A stretch of DNA of 64,000 nucleotides, from positions 49,602,259 to 49,666,258 of the forward strand of contig NC_068998.1 in the NCBI RefSeq assembly GCF_001194135.2. Direction: 5' to 3'. Below are positions 17,813 through 31,373 of this stretch, in pieces. Under the pieces are notes generated by a model. That model was not told the origin of the DNA and searched no databases. It saw only the letters and a list, made by a program, of their open reading frames with translations. The position numbers and the translations under genes are program-made. Origin of the DNA: Octopus bimaculoides. Taxonomy: Eukaryota. Within the stretch, counting starts at the first letter, position 1, and every line of letters starts with the position of its first letter.

Positions 17813-19230
17813 CTTGGTTAAATCCGGTTTAGTGGAAAATATATCCGTGTAAAGATTACCTACATGTAAGCGTAGACTATTCAATTTTGCGGCTTTCGTT
17901 TCTAAAACGCTGTATGCATTCGTTATTTGTGACGTATGATGGCCCATTTTTATGTTATTCAAATTCTATATAGTTGTACAGATGTATGTTTTTTGTTTGT
18001 TTTTTATTTATTTTTTAAACAGTAATTCTATTTTCAATCAATATAATTAGCACATTGAAAATATGTTTCCAGTTATCATTTTTTTCCGTTTTTCGATGCG
18101 GATTGAGAGTTAAGTTGTATGACGTATGTGGGTGCAATTTTATATACGGATCAAACATTTTCTGATCTATATTTAAGAGATGGGGAATTATGTAGATTAT
18201 TTACATTATTTACATTTGATGGATATTTGTCACAAGTCACAAGTCTCCGGGTAGCCTAGGGGTGAATACATTAGCCCAAGGTTTGACTGGGAAGCAAACA
18301 TCTTACTACGATGTCGCACCTAAGAAACGTATACACAGCCACACCATATAGACTCGGTCATACTTATAGGTGTAGATATAAATTGATAAAAAAATGTGCG
18401 CGCGTGTGTATATAGTATAGTTAATACAAATTTGTATATAAGAATCAGTTAATGACATTGTATGCTTCTCTAGTGTCATATAATTAAATTCAACAATGAT
18501 AATAATTGTAACAGACGAGGGAAAATACAATGTGTATAATTATTTATAGATTAAAATCGGGGAAGAAGAAAAAAAAACGAGATCCGCGGTTGTATATATC
18601 TTTATAGTTGAGCAGTTCTTTATTAAATAGAAACAGACAATATCTTTCTAGTGGAGGCAGTGGAACCTATCACTTGACAGATTGCCATGATTTCGTTGAG
18701 AATAACATATGTTGATTCCCACGATGATGCTATTCCAAATAACAAATATTGAATTTATTATCAGTCAATTCCTAGAATTCCGCAGTTTAATAGTCTTTGA
18801 TATCCGATGTACCAAATGGTATTATAACTTTTCATACACATTTTGCATTTCATTAAATTACCTAAGACAATTATTTCTGAAGTCCATAATAACGGCCACA
18901 CTAGACTTCTTTAAAAAGAATCAGTGAGACAAAAACGGAGACAAGATCTTATTAGATTTTAATGTTTAGGATTCATAAATGCATGCAAGAAATTTAATAA
19001 ACACTAATAAATATGTAATGTTTCTAATTTATTGGCATTCGATAGTTCCACGACCGCATGGGCTTAATAATTAATATGTAGTGTCATGAAGCTGAATTTG
19101 TGATGAAGAATAATATTGTTACAGGATCGCTTCAATGACTTTGTATAGACAGCTTATCTAATTTCAGTATGATCATTATATAATAATGTTGAAAAGGGGT
19201 ACTCGAAACATGGTTACCATTTCCTCTCTC

Positions 19231-19270
<40 letters not shown>

Positions 19271-19445
19271 CTCCCTCTACCTCTCCTTCCTCTCATTCTC
19301 TCTGTCTTTCTGTTGACGCAGCCAGATAACACACACAGACACCTACAAACAAATGTATATAAATATCGGAATACATACATGTGAATGCATGCACATACAC
19401 ACACACATGCACATGCACACACACACATACACACATACACGCACT

Positions 19446-19478
<33 letters not shown>

Positions 19479-19485
19479 GTGTATG

Positions 19486-19520
<35 letters not shown>

Positions 19521-19543
19521 GTTTATGTGTGTGTGTGTGTGTG

Positions 19544-19590
<47 letters not shown>

Positions 19591-20607
19591 AATTAAATAA
19601 ATGAGCGGAGAACATGTGGCGGTTATCATGGATAGAAGTGTTTCGTATAGAGATTGCATGCGCGTCACCGACCAGTTTGTTCACTGAAAGACTTCAACAA
19701 ACAGCAATAATTAACACGCGCATATGCAAGCCTATAAACCTACATATATACGAAACTCACCTATGTATGTTTAATAACCTACGTGTATTTATTTCTTACC
19801 TTTTATTATTTTTTTTCACTCATTACATTGAGATGATGCTGTGGAACAACCCTATGAAAGTTTTGTGTAAAGTTTTTGTAACCTGATGTCTATTCTTTCA
19901 CATTCTTTTGAGAAACCGATCGGTAATGGGGACTGAAACAGTCCAACAAGCAGTGGGGAAGGGGGAAACACAGTCACAAAAGCACAAGCACAAACACACA
20001 CATACATCATGTGGCTGAGAAGCAAAATTCTTTCTGTATACCATCGTTTACTCAGAAAATTATTTTTGCAGATATTAGGTTTTTTTCTTTTCTGTATGTG
20101 TTGGTGCGATTAACGAGCTCTAGCATGTCGTCTGCAGTATTTGATTCCCATTGTGCTTATCGAATAATTATATTTAATTAATGCAGAAATATGTTTCATT
20201 TTCAAGACTGAAAACATTCTGAATTTCAAATTTCAACATTTGGAACAAATATAAATTATGAACAGACGGACAAAGTAGATATTGATTTAAACATTTTATT
20301 TTATTACATTTTGTATTTGTTTTTTTCCATTTTCACAACAACACATTTTCTTGAAACTGGATCTGCAAAATAGAAAAAGCTAATGATTATCGTGACGTTT
20401 ATAAAGCAGATGATATATTGTATTTGAAAAGCAGTGGCTAATCTAATTGATTATTACGGTTTATAATTTAATCATATAATTTCTACCAGTGTTGCATTAC
20501 AATTTCCGTGTATCTATTAGAAATCAATTACATAACAGTGGCATCAGACACACGTGTTGTGTTATCATATAGTATAGTTGCAGTCGTATTATTAAGTATA
20601 TTTGTAT

Positions 20608-20825
20608 AAGGCGCCGAGCTGGCAGAAACGTTAGCTCGCCGGGCGAAATGCTTAGCGGTATTTCGCCTGCTCTACGTTCTGAGTTCAAATTCCGCCGGAT
20701 TCGACTTCGCCTTTCATCCTTTTGTGGACTATTAAATAAGTACTAGTTACGCACTGAGGTCGGTGTAATTAACTTAACCCCTTCCCCCAAATTTGAGGCC
20801 TTGTGCTTCCAGTAGAACGGATTAT
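20608..20825 (+). mobile_element. Well-preserved copy of the dominant SINE family (ggcg.gctggcagaa.cgttagc.cgccgggcgaaatgcttagcggtatttcg...)
   Basis: Many dispersed homologues on both strands: about 6930-7130, 11190-11600, 13715-13930, 17380-17600, 22160-22560, 22858-23050, 27990-28140, 37330-37870, 38575-38660, 48250-48470, 56140-56300 and 63610-64000. Confidence 0.85.
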
Positions 20826-23105
20826 TTAGTATACAGGTTTCAAAGTGATAGCCCTGTCAACATGCTCCGAGGAGAGAGCAAATGGATTACATCGGTCCCA
20901 GTATTCAAATGGTATTTATTTTAATGAACCCAACTCGCCGTATTTGAACTCTGAAAATAAGGACGGACGGAATGCCATTGAACATTATGCTCAGCAAGCT
21001 AAATATTCTGTCACATCGCTGCCTTCGTACTATTGATTATGTTAGTTTCAAATTTCGGCTCAAGGCCACTAATTTCCGGTGTGGGATAGGCCGGTTAGAT
21101 CGGCCCCAGTGCTCAACTGGTAATAATTATATCGACCCCGAAATGATATACAGTTGAGTATATTAACATTGCTTTGCCGTTTATTTTACATCATAAATTG
21201 TCATTTTAAAACAATTTTTATTGCTGCAAATGTGAAATGTTGTGGGTTATATTTTTTTTCAGTGATTAAATATCGTTGCTGAAGATGTATTTTTCTTATC
21301 ATACTCTCTTACTGAAATGTAATTGAAATGAAGGCATCCGATGTAAATATTTTGAAAATATATTGCGTACACATCGTACAGTCGAATCCTGACATATATA
21401 AATATATAATCAAACAAGTGTTTATGTTGACGATGTAATAAGGTGGTCGTACTTACGTATCTAGTTTCGGAGAAAATATTTAACTGTAAGGAGCCTCTGA
21501 AATGAAAGATTGAATGTGTATCGATATTTGAAGTTACTATAAAATAGCTTAACTCAATAAACGTAAACACTGTTGTGTGGTTTAGATGTTCGCTTATATC
21601 TTATAAGTTTACGGATATGATATCAGTGTACCTAGTTTGGTCAAATGTATTCTGGTAAAGGTTTGTGAACGAAATTTCCTAGAGAGAAACTAAGTGGAAA
21701 CTGGAGGAAAATGCTCCTTTCCTGAAGGTGACTCGGTTTATGAATCGACAGGTTAAACTACAAATCTCAGCCTTTGGCTACATTAAGAAGAATTCATTCT
21801 TATCTTCCCAATATTTCCACCCTTTCTGTCACTGGTCGTATTGCAATGGAAATAGACATAAAACCCGGACTGCTTAAATATGTCTTTTGAGCAGATGTAT
21901 CTACATGTACTGTATCATACTAACCACTATGTAAGTAGCTGACAGGAATATTTTATGATAGAATACAGAAGTGTCAATGTGAATGTGAAATGTGAAACGA
22001 CATTGTAAACTTGAAACGTGAAATACCAATGGGAAAGCCATGGGACTTTAACTGGATTGAGATGTAAAGAGCTGAAAGCAAAATGTTTCGAAGATAAACA
22101 ATATTCTGCATGATGTTACCTTGATGATGCTGTGATTGTTTTATCCACTGATAAATATGAAGATACTAATTGTTTCTAAAGTGGTAACCCAGTAGAATCT
22201 TTAACGGGTCGATCAAAATGCGTAGCAGCATTTCGTCCACCTTTAAGTTCCGAGTTAAAATTCCACCGAAGTCGACTTTGCTTTTGATACTTTGTGGTCC
22301 ATAAAATATGTACCATTTGAGTATTGGGGAGAATGTAATCGAGTCCTCCCCTCCGCCAAAATTGCTGGCCGTGTACGAAAATTTGCAGCTAATACTAATG
22401 GTTTTGGATTTTGGTATCCAAGACAGCAATTGTGTGCTAATAGAATTATACTATAAAATCGAACCTACTTAATGAATGATGCGTTATTTTATTGACCCCA
22501 GTCCTCGAATGGATGATAAGCAAAGTAGACCTCGGTATGATGTGAACTCTGAATGCACGAGTTTGAAGAAATACACATGCATATTGACTGATATTTTAAC
22601 GATTCTGCCAGCTCATCGATTTTATAAATTCGGATAAATGCAGAAAGTCAGCAGTTTTTAAAAGTGGTATTGATTGATTATATCGATTCTTGTAGGTGAT
22701 TTGTACATTAATTTATCAATATTTTACTAATAAAAGGTAAATTTGGTTTCGGAGGTGCTTCAAATTAGTACCATAAGAAGAGGAAGAATAAACGCAAAGC
22801 ATTTTATTTAATGTAATGAAAATAACCTTAATATCAGCGTACCAGCACTATAAATAATATCATTTCTACTATAGGCACAAGGCCTGAATTTTTTGAATCG
22901 ACACCAGTACACAACTGGTACTTAATTTATCGACTCCGAAAGAAAGAACGGTAACGTCACCCTCGCCGGAATTTGAATTTAGGACATATAGACGAAGAAA
23001 ATATGCTAAGAACTGTATCCGGCGTGCTATCGATTCTTCCAGTTCATCCCGCTAAACCTGCTATCAATAGATCAATATTAATAGGTTTGCTATAAAAGAT
23101 CTTAC

Positions 23106-24897
23106 CGACACATTCAGTTTCCCAAACTTTATTGAAATATTCAAAGCATTCATTATCTTTTCCTTTCATACAGTTGCGGTAGTTTTTGAGACGCCTGAAA
23201 ATGAAAATGTGCGTACGATATTATAATAGAAAAATATATGTCAATATTTGGAGCATTTTTTATTTCAGTCTCATGCGAATGATCTTTTATTATGTTATGG
23301 GGCAAAATAATTCCTAAGTTTAGTGACTGATGCAAATCAAATGAAACATGAAATTGATCATTTTTGTCTCTCGGCAAGGAACTGGATTTACATTTATGAT
23401 GATCAAACCGAATCTGTGGAGTTTTGGGAGATAAACCTTGGAAATCTTTCTTTTACACCCCTATGCACATTAAATTTGTTATACCACTTTGCATTCTATT
23501 CATGCAATGCTTGTATTCCATAAATTCATATCATTAACAACATTCGAGTATATTAAGATACGGTGTATAGTAGAAAATACAATATAATGATATTGCACAC
23601 AAATGAAGCTACCTTAACTCTTTGAGCTCTGACCTCCTGAAGCTTATTTGACCATATACCTGGCACTCCACCGGTAATCTACCGGTAGAGCGGAGCTACG
23701 GTATAGAGAAAAATAAGCCATCCACCGGTAAACCGGTGTTACGGGATGAAAGAGTTAAGATAACCACATAAAATATGAACCGATTACTAATTTCCTGTTA
23801 TTCTTCCTGACAGTAACAAATCCCTGTTATACGTTGTGATTCCCTTCAAGTAATACATTCTACGTGAAGCTCAACAGCAGTTATGTGCAACCTAGTTCAC
23901 GTTTTAATTTTCGCTGTTTATAAGGCACAGAATAATGTCTTATTCCTTTACAGTTTGTTAAGGGTTCCATATTATTAAGAGTTTATCACCAGCAACCGGC
24001 AGTAAATAATTCTCTACTGATGTTTATGAGCAAAAGCCATCCTGCTTTCTTAGAATATCCCTCCTTAGGTAGCTTTGAAGGAAAAGAGAAAAGCAGGTCG
24101 AAACGCCGGTTTCACAAATTCATCTTAAACCTATAGATCCAGTGTGTTGTAAATACACATCACTTGAAAACAGGCGTTCTCCGAAAGGAAATACGGCAGT
24201 GGTTAGTATATTCACGTTCAGATCTGCAACAACGTGTTAAAAATGAATAGGCACGCCATTTCATTGTTTCAATTAGGGCCGTTCTCTTTGCGCATGATTA
24301 CTTATATTACAATTGAAATAGATTAAAGTAAACGTCTCTACCAAAAACAGGAACAAAACCTATAAGAATACAGGCCGCGGTATGAATACAGAATATATGG
24401 ACACATACATAACAAAATACGTCAGTAATAACAAATATGAAGTCTTATTACATGGGATACTGTTCATATTATATAACAAACCACAAACTAAACAGTACCG
24501 GAGTCTCAGTGATTTCGGCAACCGTAGCTTAACTTACATTAAAAATAAATATTTATAATAATGCTTTCTATCATAAACAAAAGGCCTGATCGATAAATGA
24601 AGAGGTTCAGTCGATTACATCGACCTGAATTGCTCATTTGTTGCTCATTTAATCAACACTGGAAGCGATGGAAATACAAAGTTGCTAAACATTTTTCCAA
24701 GCCGCCGCTTTAAATAGAAATGTTAATAATACAAATATGAATGAAATATATAAAGTTATACTTACATGCAGGTATGGAGCCTTGTTTTAAGAACGGTGTC
24801 TGGGCCTTTCAAGCACATCTTCTTAGCTTTCAGGGTACACTTGTGTGACAAAGCAGCACCTTCAGGTGAAATGTAGAACAGCTCAATTGATTAATAC

Positions 24898-24942
<45 letters not shown>

Positions 24943-25579
24943 GCAACAAGCAATAATGCTATCTAGTATAGAGACAAGGTCTAAAATTTTGATAACGGTT
25001 CTGCCGGTTCACCGCATTAGTATTAATGCGAATAATAATAAATTATGTTATACGTGAAATGTGGATGCTTCCGTGTATGAACATATTTGTTATTGATGTA
25101 TACACACGCAGACAGACACACACACACACACACACACACACAAAACACATAGACTGAAACACAAACGCAAATTGACATATACATGCACTCTATTTTTATT
25201 TTGGAGGGACACCTATAAAACCTTTAGAGTCAGTCCGGTTAAATCTATTTCCATTCGAGCAATGATATACATTAGTTTTTAATTTGTAAAAAATACAACA
25301 GGCGGTATAATCAACAATTTAAAACATTTTACTACATCATAAAATAAGCCATTGGACATGTATTGGTATATTATCATATATAAGGCGAAATATGGTCTGA
25401 TTCGTATATGAAATAATTATAATGTCAAGTAACATTTTAAATTATCAAAAATATCGATTTACATTTTACGTATGTCGTAAGTGCACAGTTTAGCATTAAA
25501 AAGTTAAGCATCCCGTTATCTGCATATATAAGCATAGAATGGGATTATTAACATATTGATTCAACTGCATGCGACTTAA

Positions 25580-25610
<31 letters not shown>

Positions 25611-26866
25611 NNNNNNNNNNNNNNNNNNNNNNNNNNNNNNNNNNNNNNNNNNNNNNNNNNNNNNNNNNNNNNNNNNNNNNNNNNNNNNNNNNNNNNNNNN
25701 NNNNNNNNNNNNNNNNNNNNNNNNNNNNNNNNNNNNNNNNNNNNNNNNNNNNNNNNNNNNNNNNNNNNNNNNNNNNNNNNNNNNNNNNNNNNNNNNNNNN
25801 NNNNNNNNNNNNNNNNNNNNNNNNNNNNNNNNNNNNNNNNNNNNNNNNNNNNNNNNNNNNNNNNNNNNNNNNNNNNNNNNNNNNNNNNNNNNNNNNNNNN
25901 NNNNNNNNNNNNNNNNNNNNNNNNNNNNNNNNNNNNNNNNNNNNNNNNNNNNNNNNNNNNNNNNNNNNNNNNNNNNNNNNNNNNNNNNNNNNNNNNNNNN
26001 NNNNNNNNNNNNNNNNNNNNNNNNNNNNNNNNNNNNNNNNNNNNNNNNNNNNNNNNNNNNNNNNNNNNNNNNNNNNNNNNNNNNNNNNNNNNNNNNNNNN
26101 NNNNNNNNNNNNNNNNNNNNNNNNNNNNNNNNNNNNNNNNNNNNNNNNNNNNNNNNNNNNNNNNNNNNNNNNNNNNNNNNNNNNNNNNNNNNNNNNNNNN
26201 NNNNNNNNNNNNNNNNNNNNNNNNNNNNNNNNNNNNNNNNNNNNNNNNNNNNNNNNNNNNNNNNNNNNNNNNNNNNNNNNNNNNNNNNNNNNNNNNNNNN
26301 NNNNNNNNNNNNNNNNNNNNNNNNNNNNNNNNNNNNNNNNNNNNNNNNNNNNNNNNNNNNNNNNNNNNNNNNNNNNNNNNNNNNNNNNNNNNNNNNNNNN
26401 NNNNNNNNNNNNNNNNNNNNNNNNNNNNNNNNNNNNNNNNNNNNNNNNNNNGAGTGTTTATTGAGCGGAAACACCACGAGGCTCCGGCAGGAGATGGTGG
26501 TGAACCCTGCTGTACTCTTTCACCACCACTTTCTCTCACTCTTTCTTCCTGTTTCTGTTGTACCTGTATTTCAAAGCGCCAGCCTTGTCACACTGTGCCA
26601 CGCTGAATATTCCCGAGAACTACGTTAAGGGTACACGTATCTGTGGAGTGCTCAGCCACTTGCACGCTAATTTCACGAGCAGGCTGTTCCGTTGATCGGA
26701 TCAACTGGAACCCTTGATGTCGTAAGCGACGGAGTGCCAACAACAACAATTCTAGGCACACAGCCAGAAAGAAATGATTTCTTATTTGTCAATGTCGAAA
26801 CGGAAATAATAATTTTGTGTATAACTTACCGACAAGAAGGAGACAGAGAAATATTGCGAATTTCAT
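23106..26866 (-). CDS. G3: six-Cys paralog, exons 1-3 resolved, terminal exon unresolved
   Basis: Exons 26830-26866 (37 nt), 24766-24859 (94 nt) and 23106-23194 (89 nt), phases 1/2/1, GTAAG donors. Protein: MKFAIFLCLLLVGAALSHKCTLKAKKMCLKGPDTVLKTRLHTCMRLKNYRNCMKGKDNECFEYFNKVWETECV... Confidence 0.82.
23614..23759. mobile_element. 146-bp piggyBac-like MITE/deletion derivative in G3 intron 2
   Basis: Ends TTAACTCTTT...AAAGAGTTAA are a perfect inverted repeat including TTAA target sites. Four internal ACCGGT motifs. Confidence 0.6.
26452..26751 (+). mobile_element. tRNA-derived SINE (same family as 31719-32105), 5' end lost in gap
   Basis: Closely matches the reverse complement of 31719-32020 and ends in a (CAA)n tail. 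Confidence 0.88.
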
Positions 26867-26933
26867 TTTGGATTTTCGTTAGAAACAAGAAATAACAGTT
26901 GTGATAATGTGCTGATAAGCGTCACTTCCAGTC

Positions 26934-26940
26934 TTATATA
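26934..26940 (-). promoter_or_regulatory. Candidate TATA box of G3
   Basis: TATATAA about 70 nt upstream of the ATG, followed by TGACGC and GATA-like motifs. Equivalent TATATA positions occur in G6 and G7. Confidence 0.4.
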
Positions 26941-28914
26941 GAATACATAAATTACACCAGGTGTTCAAAATCACATTCTTTAGAAAAAATAAGTAGTTGA
27001 TGAACAATAAAAGACCTAATTCTTTTAAAGTGCGTACATCAATACAAAAGCAATATATTTGGTGTACTGGTACAAAGGATCTCTCATGAATTATGTTTAG
27101 TATATTCTGTGTTTTAAATAAGTTTACGACTGAATGAATTTATAATATATTTTAAGTACCTTTTGTCCCACTTCGTTATCATATATTGAGTTTTTAGAAC
27201 GAACTTAACAGCTTATTGAGTGTTTGTTTCTATAACAAAATGAGCCCTTAAAGAATCGATATACAAGATTGTAATACACACACATATAAAGTATATATAT
27301 ATGTGTGTGTGTATATATATATACATGTATGCACATATTTACATGTTCATGTATATGTATATATATGTATATATATACATACACACACATAATGATACAT
27401 ATATATTTAAACGCAGCCATATTTATATGTACTTTTATTGATGTATTAATATTTTTGCACCAGTTTACACATGTACACACATTGGCATGTGTATGTGTTT
27501 GCGTGTGTGTTTGTGAGCACGCAAACTTCATTGAATGTGTTGGAAAAAAAAACGCGTAGATTAAGTCGTTCGCTTACATTTAAAATATCCTTAGAATGTA
27601 CAGATAATTTTCATTGTTTTTGTGGCTTAGTCTCATTCTCTATAATTGTTTATATTTATACCAGCTGTAACTGCAAATATTAGATCCTTTTTCATCCGGT
27701 ATGGGAATTCTTGCAAGTGCTCGCATGACGTATTGATTTTCTGATTTTTCGAATGGGGATATTTGAAAAATATCTCTTACAGGATTTGTTTTGGAACGCA
27801 ATTGAAATGATTGTATTCAAGAGAATTTTGTATACCTTAGGAAATGGGGATCGACCGCAAGAAAGTCGTCATAACGCAACAGTTTAGACCTTGAGATAAC
27901 TTCTCGGTTCTGTTGTTGATTCCATACATTATATCCACGTTAAAATAAGATACCTAATGCTATTCTGAACTAATATTCCTTTCAATTTTAGCGCAACACC
28001 AGCTATTTCATGGGACGGGGTAAGTCGATTACATCTATTTAGTGTTCACCCTGAAATGATGAAAGGTAAAGTCGCCTTCGGCGAAATTTGAACTGAAATT
28101 GTAAGATTGGACTAATCACAGCAAAGCATTTTGCCGGGTGCTCTTAAAATTAAGAGCCACCTCTCTGTACTCCAACTCTTAAAGCTTCTGTCGCTAATAA
28201 GGAATTATTCGTGAACAGATATATCAAATGTGAAGCACATAATATATTGTTAAATATAGGCGCAGACGCTTGTGTGTGTTAAGAAGCTTGATAACCAGCA
28301 CTACATTGTTCCGTGTTCAATACCAGAACGTAGGAATCCAATCGTAGGAATATATGGGTATGTGTATGTTTCTGTGTATGTGTGTGTGATTGTGTGTATG
28401 TTTGTGTGTGCATGTGTATGTGTGTAGTTTGTATTTCTCTTCAACTACCGCTTGAGAACAATTTTTGTTTAAGTACCCGTAAATTAGCGATTCGAAAAAA
28501 ATAACCGATACAATAAGGGCCAGGGGTGATAAATTTCTTAAGAATGGGTTCGATACATTCCAATAAAAAAAATCTTCAAGGTGGTGCTCCAGTATGGCCA
28601 TGAAGTACATAAAAGATAAAAGATAATATAATATGGGTAATATGTTGTTGGTATACTCGGCCCTTTGTCTAGCACTCGGGTATTGTAACGCACTGTAGTA
28701 TATAGAAGATGCGTTTCATTAAATAGTAATGTAACTATGTAAATTACAATCTCCCCATTTGGATTATTAAGCATTAAGTCATGTTGAATGGGCTTAACAA
28801 TGATTTAACATTCACTGATGTTCACCACTCATAATGTATTCGGCTGTTATTATTTCTGGAGGAGGACCGCGTCTATATAAATTATATAACTACGGAATTC
28901 TATAATCATACGAA

Positions 28915-29253
28915 TGGCACTCATGCCAACCTTCCTTTGTTGGACACTAAACTCAGCTTGCGAAGACATGTTGGGGCAAGTGAGATCGAATCTGAACCAA
29001 ATTCGATGACTGGCACCCGTGCCAATGGAGCCGTAACATCACCACCCGAGCGGTCTCACTTGCGTGCCGGTAGCATGTAAAAACGCACCCACTACATTCT
29101 CGGAGTGATTGGCGTTAGGTACGGCATCCAGCTGTAGAAACTCTGCCGTATCAGATTGGAGTCTGGTGTAGCCATCCAGTTCACCAGTTCTCAAATCAAA
29201 TCGTCCAATCCATGCTTGCGTGGGAAGCGGACGTTAAATGATGATGATGATGA
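28915..29253 (+). mobile_element. SINE/LINE-tail repeat with ggcgttagg..ggcatccagctgtagaaa core and (TGA)n tail
   Basis: GC-richer block ending ...cgtccaatccatgc...ggacgttaaa(tga)n, the style of tail seen in RTE-partnered SINEs. Family assignment is from memory only. Confidence 0.6.
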
Positions 29254-29312
29254 ATAGGTATACACACACATACACGCTCACTCCTCCCCCCATATATATA
29301 CGCGAATATATA

Positions 29313-29352
<40 letters not shown>

Positions 29353-29362
29353 NNNNNNNNNN

Positions 29363-29415
<53 letters not shown>

Positions 29416-29733
29416 AATGTATGTATGTATGCATGTGTATTATCTGAGTCGTATTGTCATGAATCACATCTGTAGCTTCCAATAATCAAATAAATGCATG
29501 TACTTCTTTTTAAAGGTACGATTCATAAATACTCTTTGAAACTCCTGCTGAATTATATTCGCAGAGATCATATATATTGTAACAAAGACAAGAAAAAGTG
29601 CTATACGTCAATGCCTTTAAGAAGTATAGATTGATGCTCTTTACGGAGACCACACGTATATGTATGTACATGTTATTATACGTCTGAAAATGTAGGTATA
29701 TANNNNNNNNNNNNNNNNNNNNNNNNNNNNNNN

Positions 29734-29773
<40 letters not shown>

Positions 29774-31373
29774 TACGCATATATATGTATATATATAAAT
29801 ATATATAGTCACCTGCTCATAAAATTACTAAGAACAGAATATAATGCGAATATGATTGTGCTTAGGTTTATATTCCTTTATCTTGAGGCAGATATCCATT
29901 TGTAAAAGAAAAATGATGTGTAGTGAAGAAAATGGTAGTTGTTTGAGAAACGATCTATTAGCTATCATGTTGCGTGTAATCAATTTTTCGATGAAAATCT
30001 AACGAAGTCCATTTCGCCTCCATTGTATATTTTCCGCTCACTAATGTATTTTCACTACAAGGTATCGGTATTTTGTATATAAAGTGTATTTGAAATCTTC
30101 ATCTCAAAAATGATTAAGTATTTTTCAAATATATATGTCTGTATGTCTGTGCGTGAATGTTGACATGTATGTGTGTGCGGGTTCCTTGTTTTATGAGTAT
30201 CGATGCGTGGGCACCTGTGTGTGAATAGGTACATAGAAACAGGTGCACATATATCCACCTATATTTATCCCTGTGTCTATCTCTACACACAAAGAAAAAG
30301 ACACACACAAACTCGATCAGACACAGACACACGCGGACAAGGACTCACACACATGCAAACACATATAGCTACATTTAAATATGTTCCTTCGTGTCTATTT
30401 TGTCTGAACTGCGTCTTGTTCAATTACAATATTACAGAGCACTTGTGATTACACTGCAAAGAAGCCTTTCAGTGAACAAGTCGTAGTAGGCAAGATAGAA
30501 GCTCACACCAGTGTAGGCAGTCTTGCAAGGTCACTGAATGGTTAACATGTAGAGTCCATATCATCAAAGGATTAAAAACGGTAGTAACGTCGATTCCTAG
30601 GGAACAGCCATGTTCAGGACTTATTACTTTAGCAGTAAGGATTACTGTTGATTACGTAGAATATCTTACAGTAACATACATCTTAGGTACTATCATACTG
30701 AAAGGATCACGTTGAAATTACACATGCACTTCAATGACTTCATAGTGTTATTACACTAATAGCTGTTCTTTGTCGTCTTCAGAGGGTTTTTGATCCGAAA
30801 ACGTGTACAGCCATTTTAATTACTTTAATTTTGCTTTCTTCGAATAAAATATCTCAGATGGTTCTCGCGATTCATGTTCATAAACATCTGGTATAACTTG
30901 GCTCACAGATTTGATTTTCTTTTAGAGATAACAATTACAGTTCGCTTACTCGGTTGCAGTCTATCGAATACTTTCCATTGTCTCTCCCACCAGCAATGTT
31001 CCCCGCCATGTCGTCGGTGAACACTCCGCTCTTTTTCTGTCTTTCATGAGGAACGCAAACTCATTCGTTTCGCTATTACGAAGTTCCGGTTATTACAAAA
31101 AAAAAAAAAAAAAAAAAAAAATAATAATAATAATAATAATAATAATAATTCCAGTCATGCAAAAAAAGTATTAATATTATTTTTTGAGAATTTTATTTAC
31201 CTCCGTAATAATAATAGTAATAAGAGTGTGAACTGTTATCTCTCTCTTCCAAATAAAATGCAGTTATGATTTAACCAAAAAATAAATACATACACAAGGT
31301 GTGTAATCATTCTATCTTCCTAATATAAATATTTGCCATGAAATGTAGCTTCATCCGTTGATTTTGAAATTCA

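Larger units (their letters stand above)
13580..22620. repeat. Tandem segmental duplication, copy 2 (contains G2 and flanks)
   Basis: Colinear with 2,650-11,640 at a period of about 10.9-11 kb. Carries extra segments (about 19,230-21,070 and 21,290-22,040) and a SINE at 13,715-13,930 that copy 1 lacks. Confidence 0.9.

Noticed and set aside
18709-18927. 72-aa plus-strand ORF in the conserved upstream block
   Set aside because: The homologous copy near 10,050-10,270 has an in-frame stop, so the conservation is not coding.
27670-27735. Exon-2-like stretch (SCEHLQEFPYRMKKDLI..C) upstream of G3
   Set aside because: It needs a frameshift, lacks the first Cys and has no GT donor.
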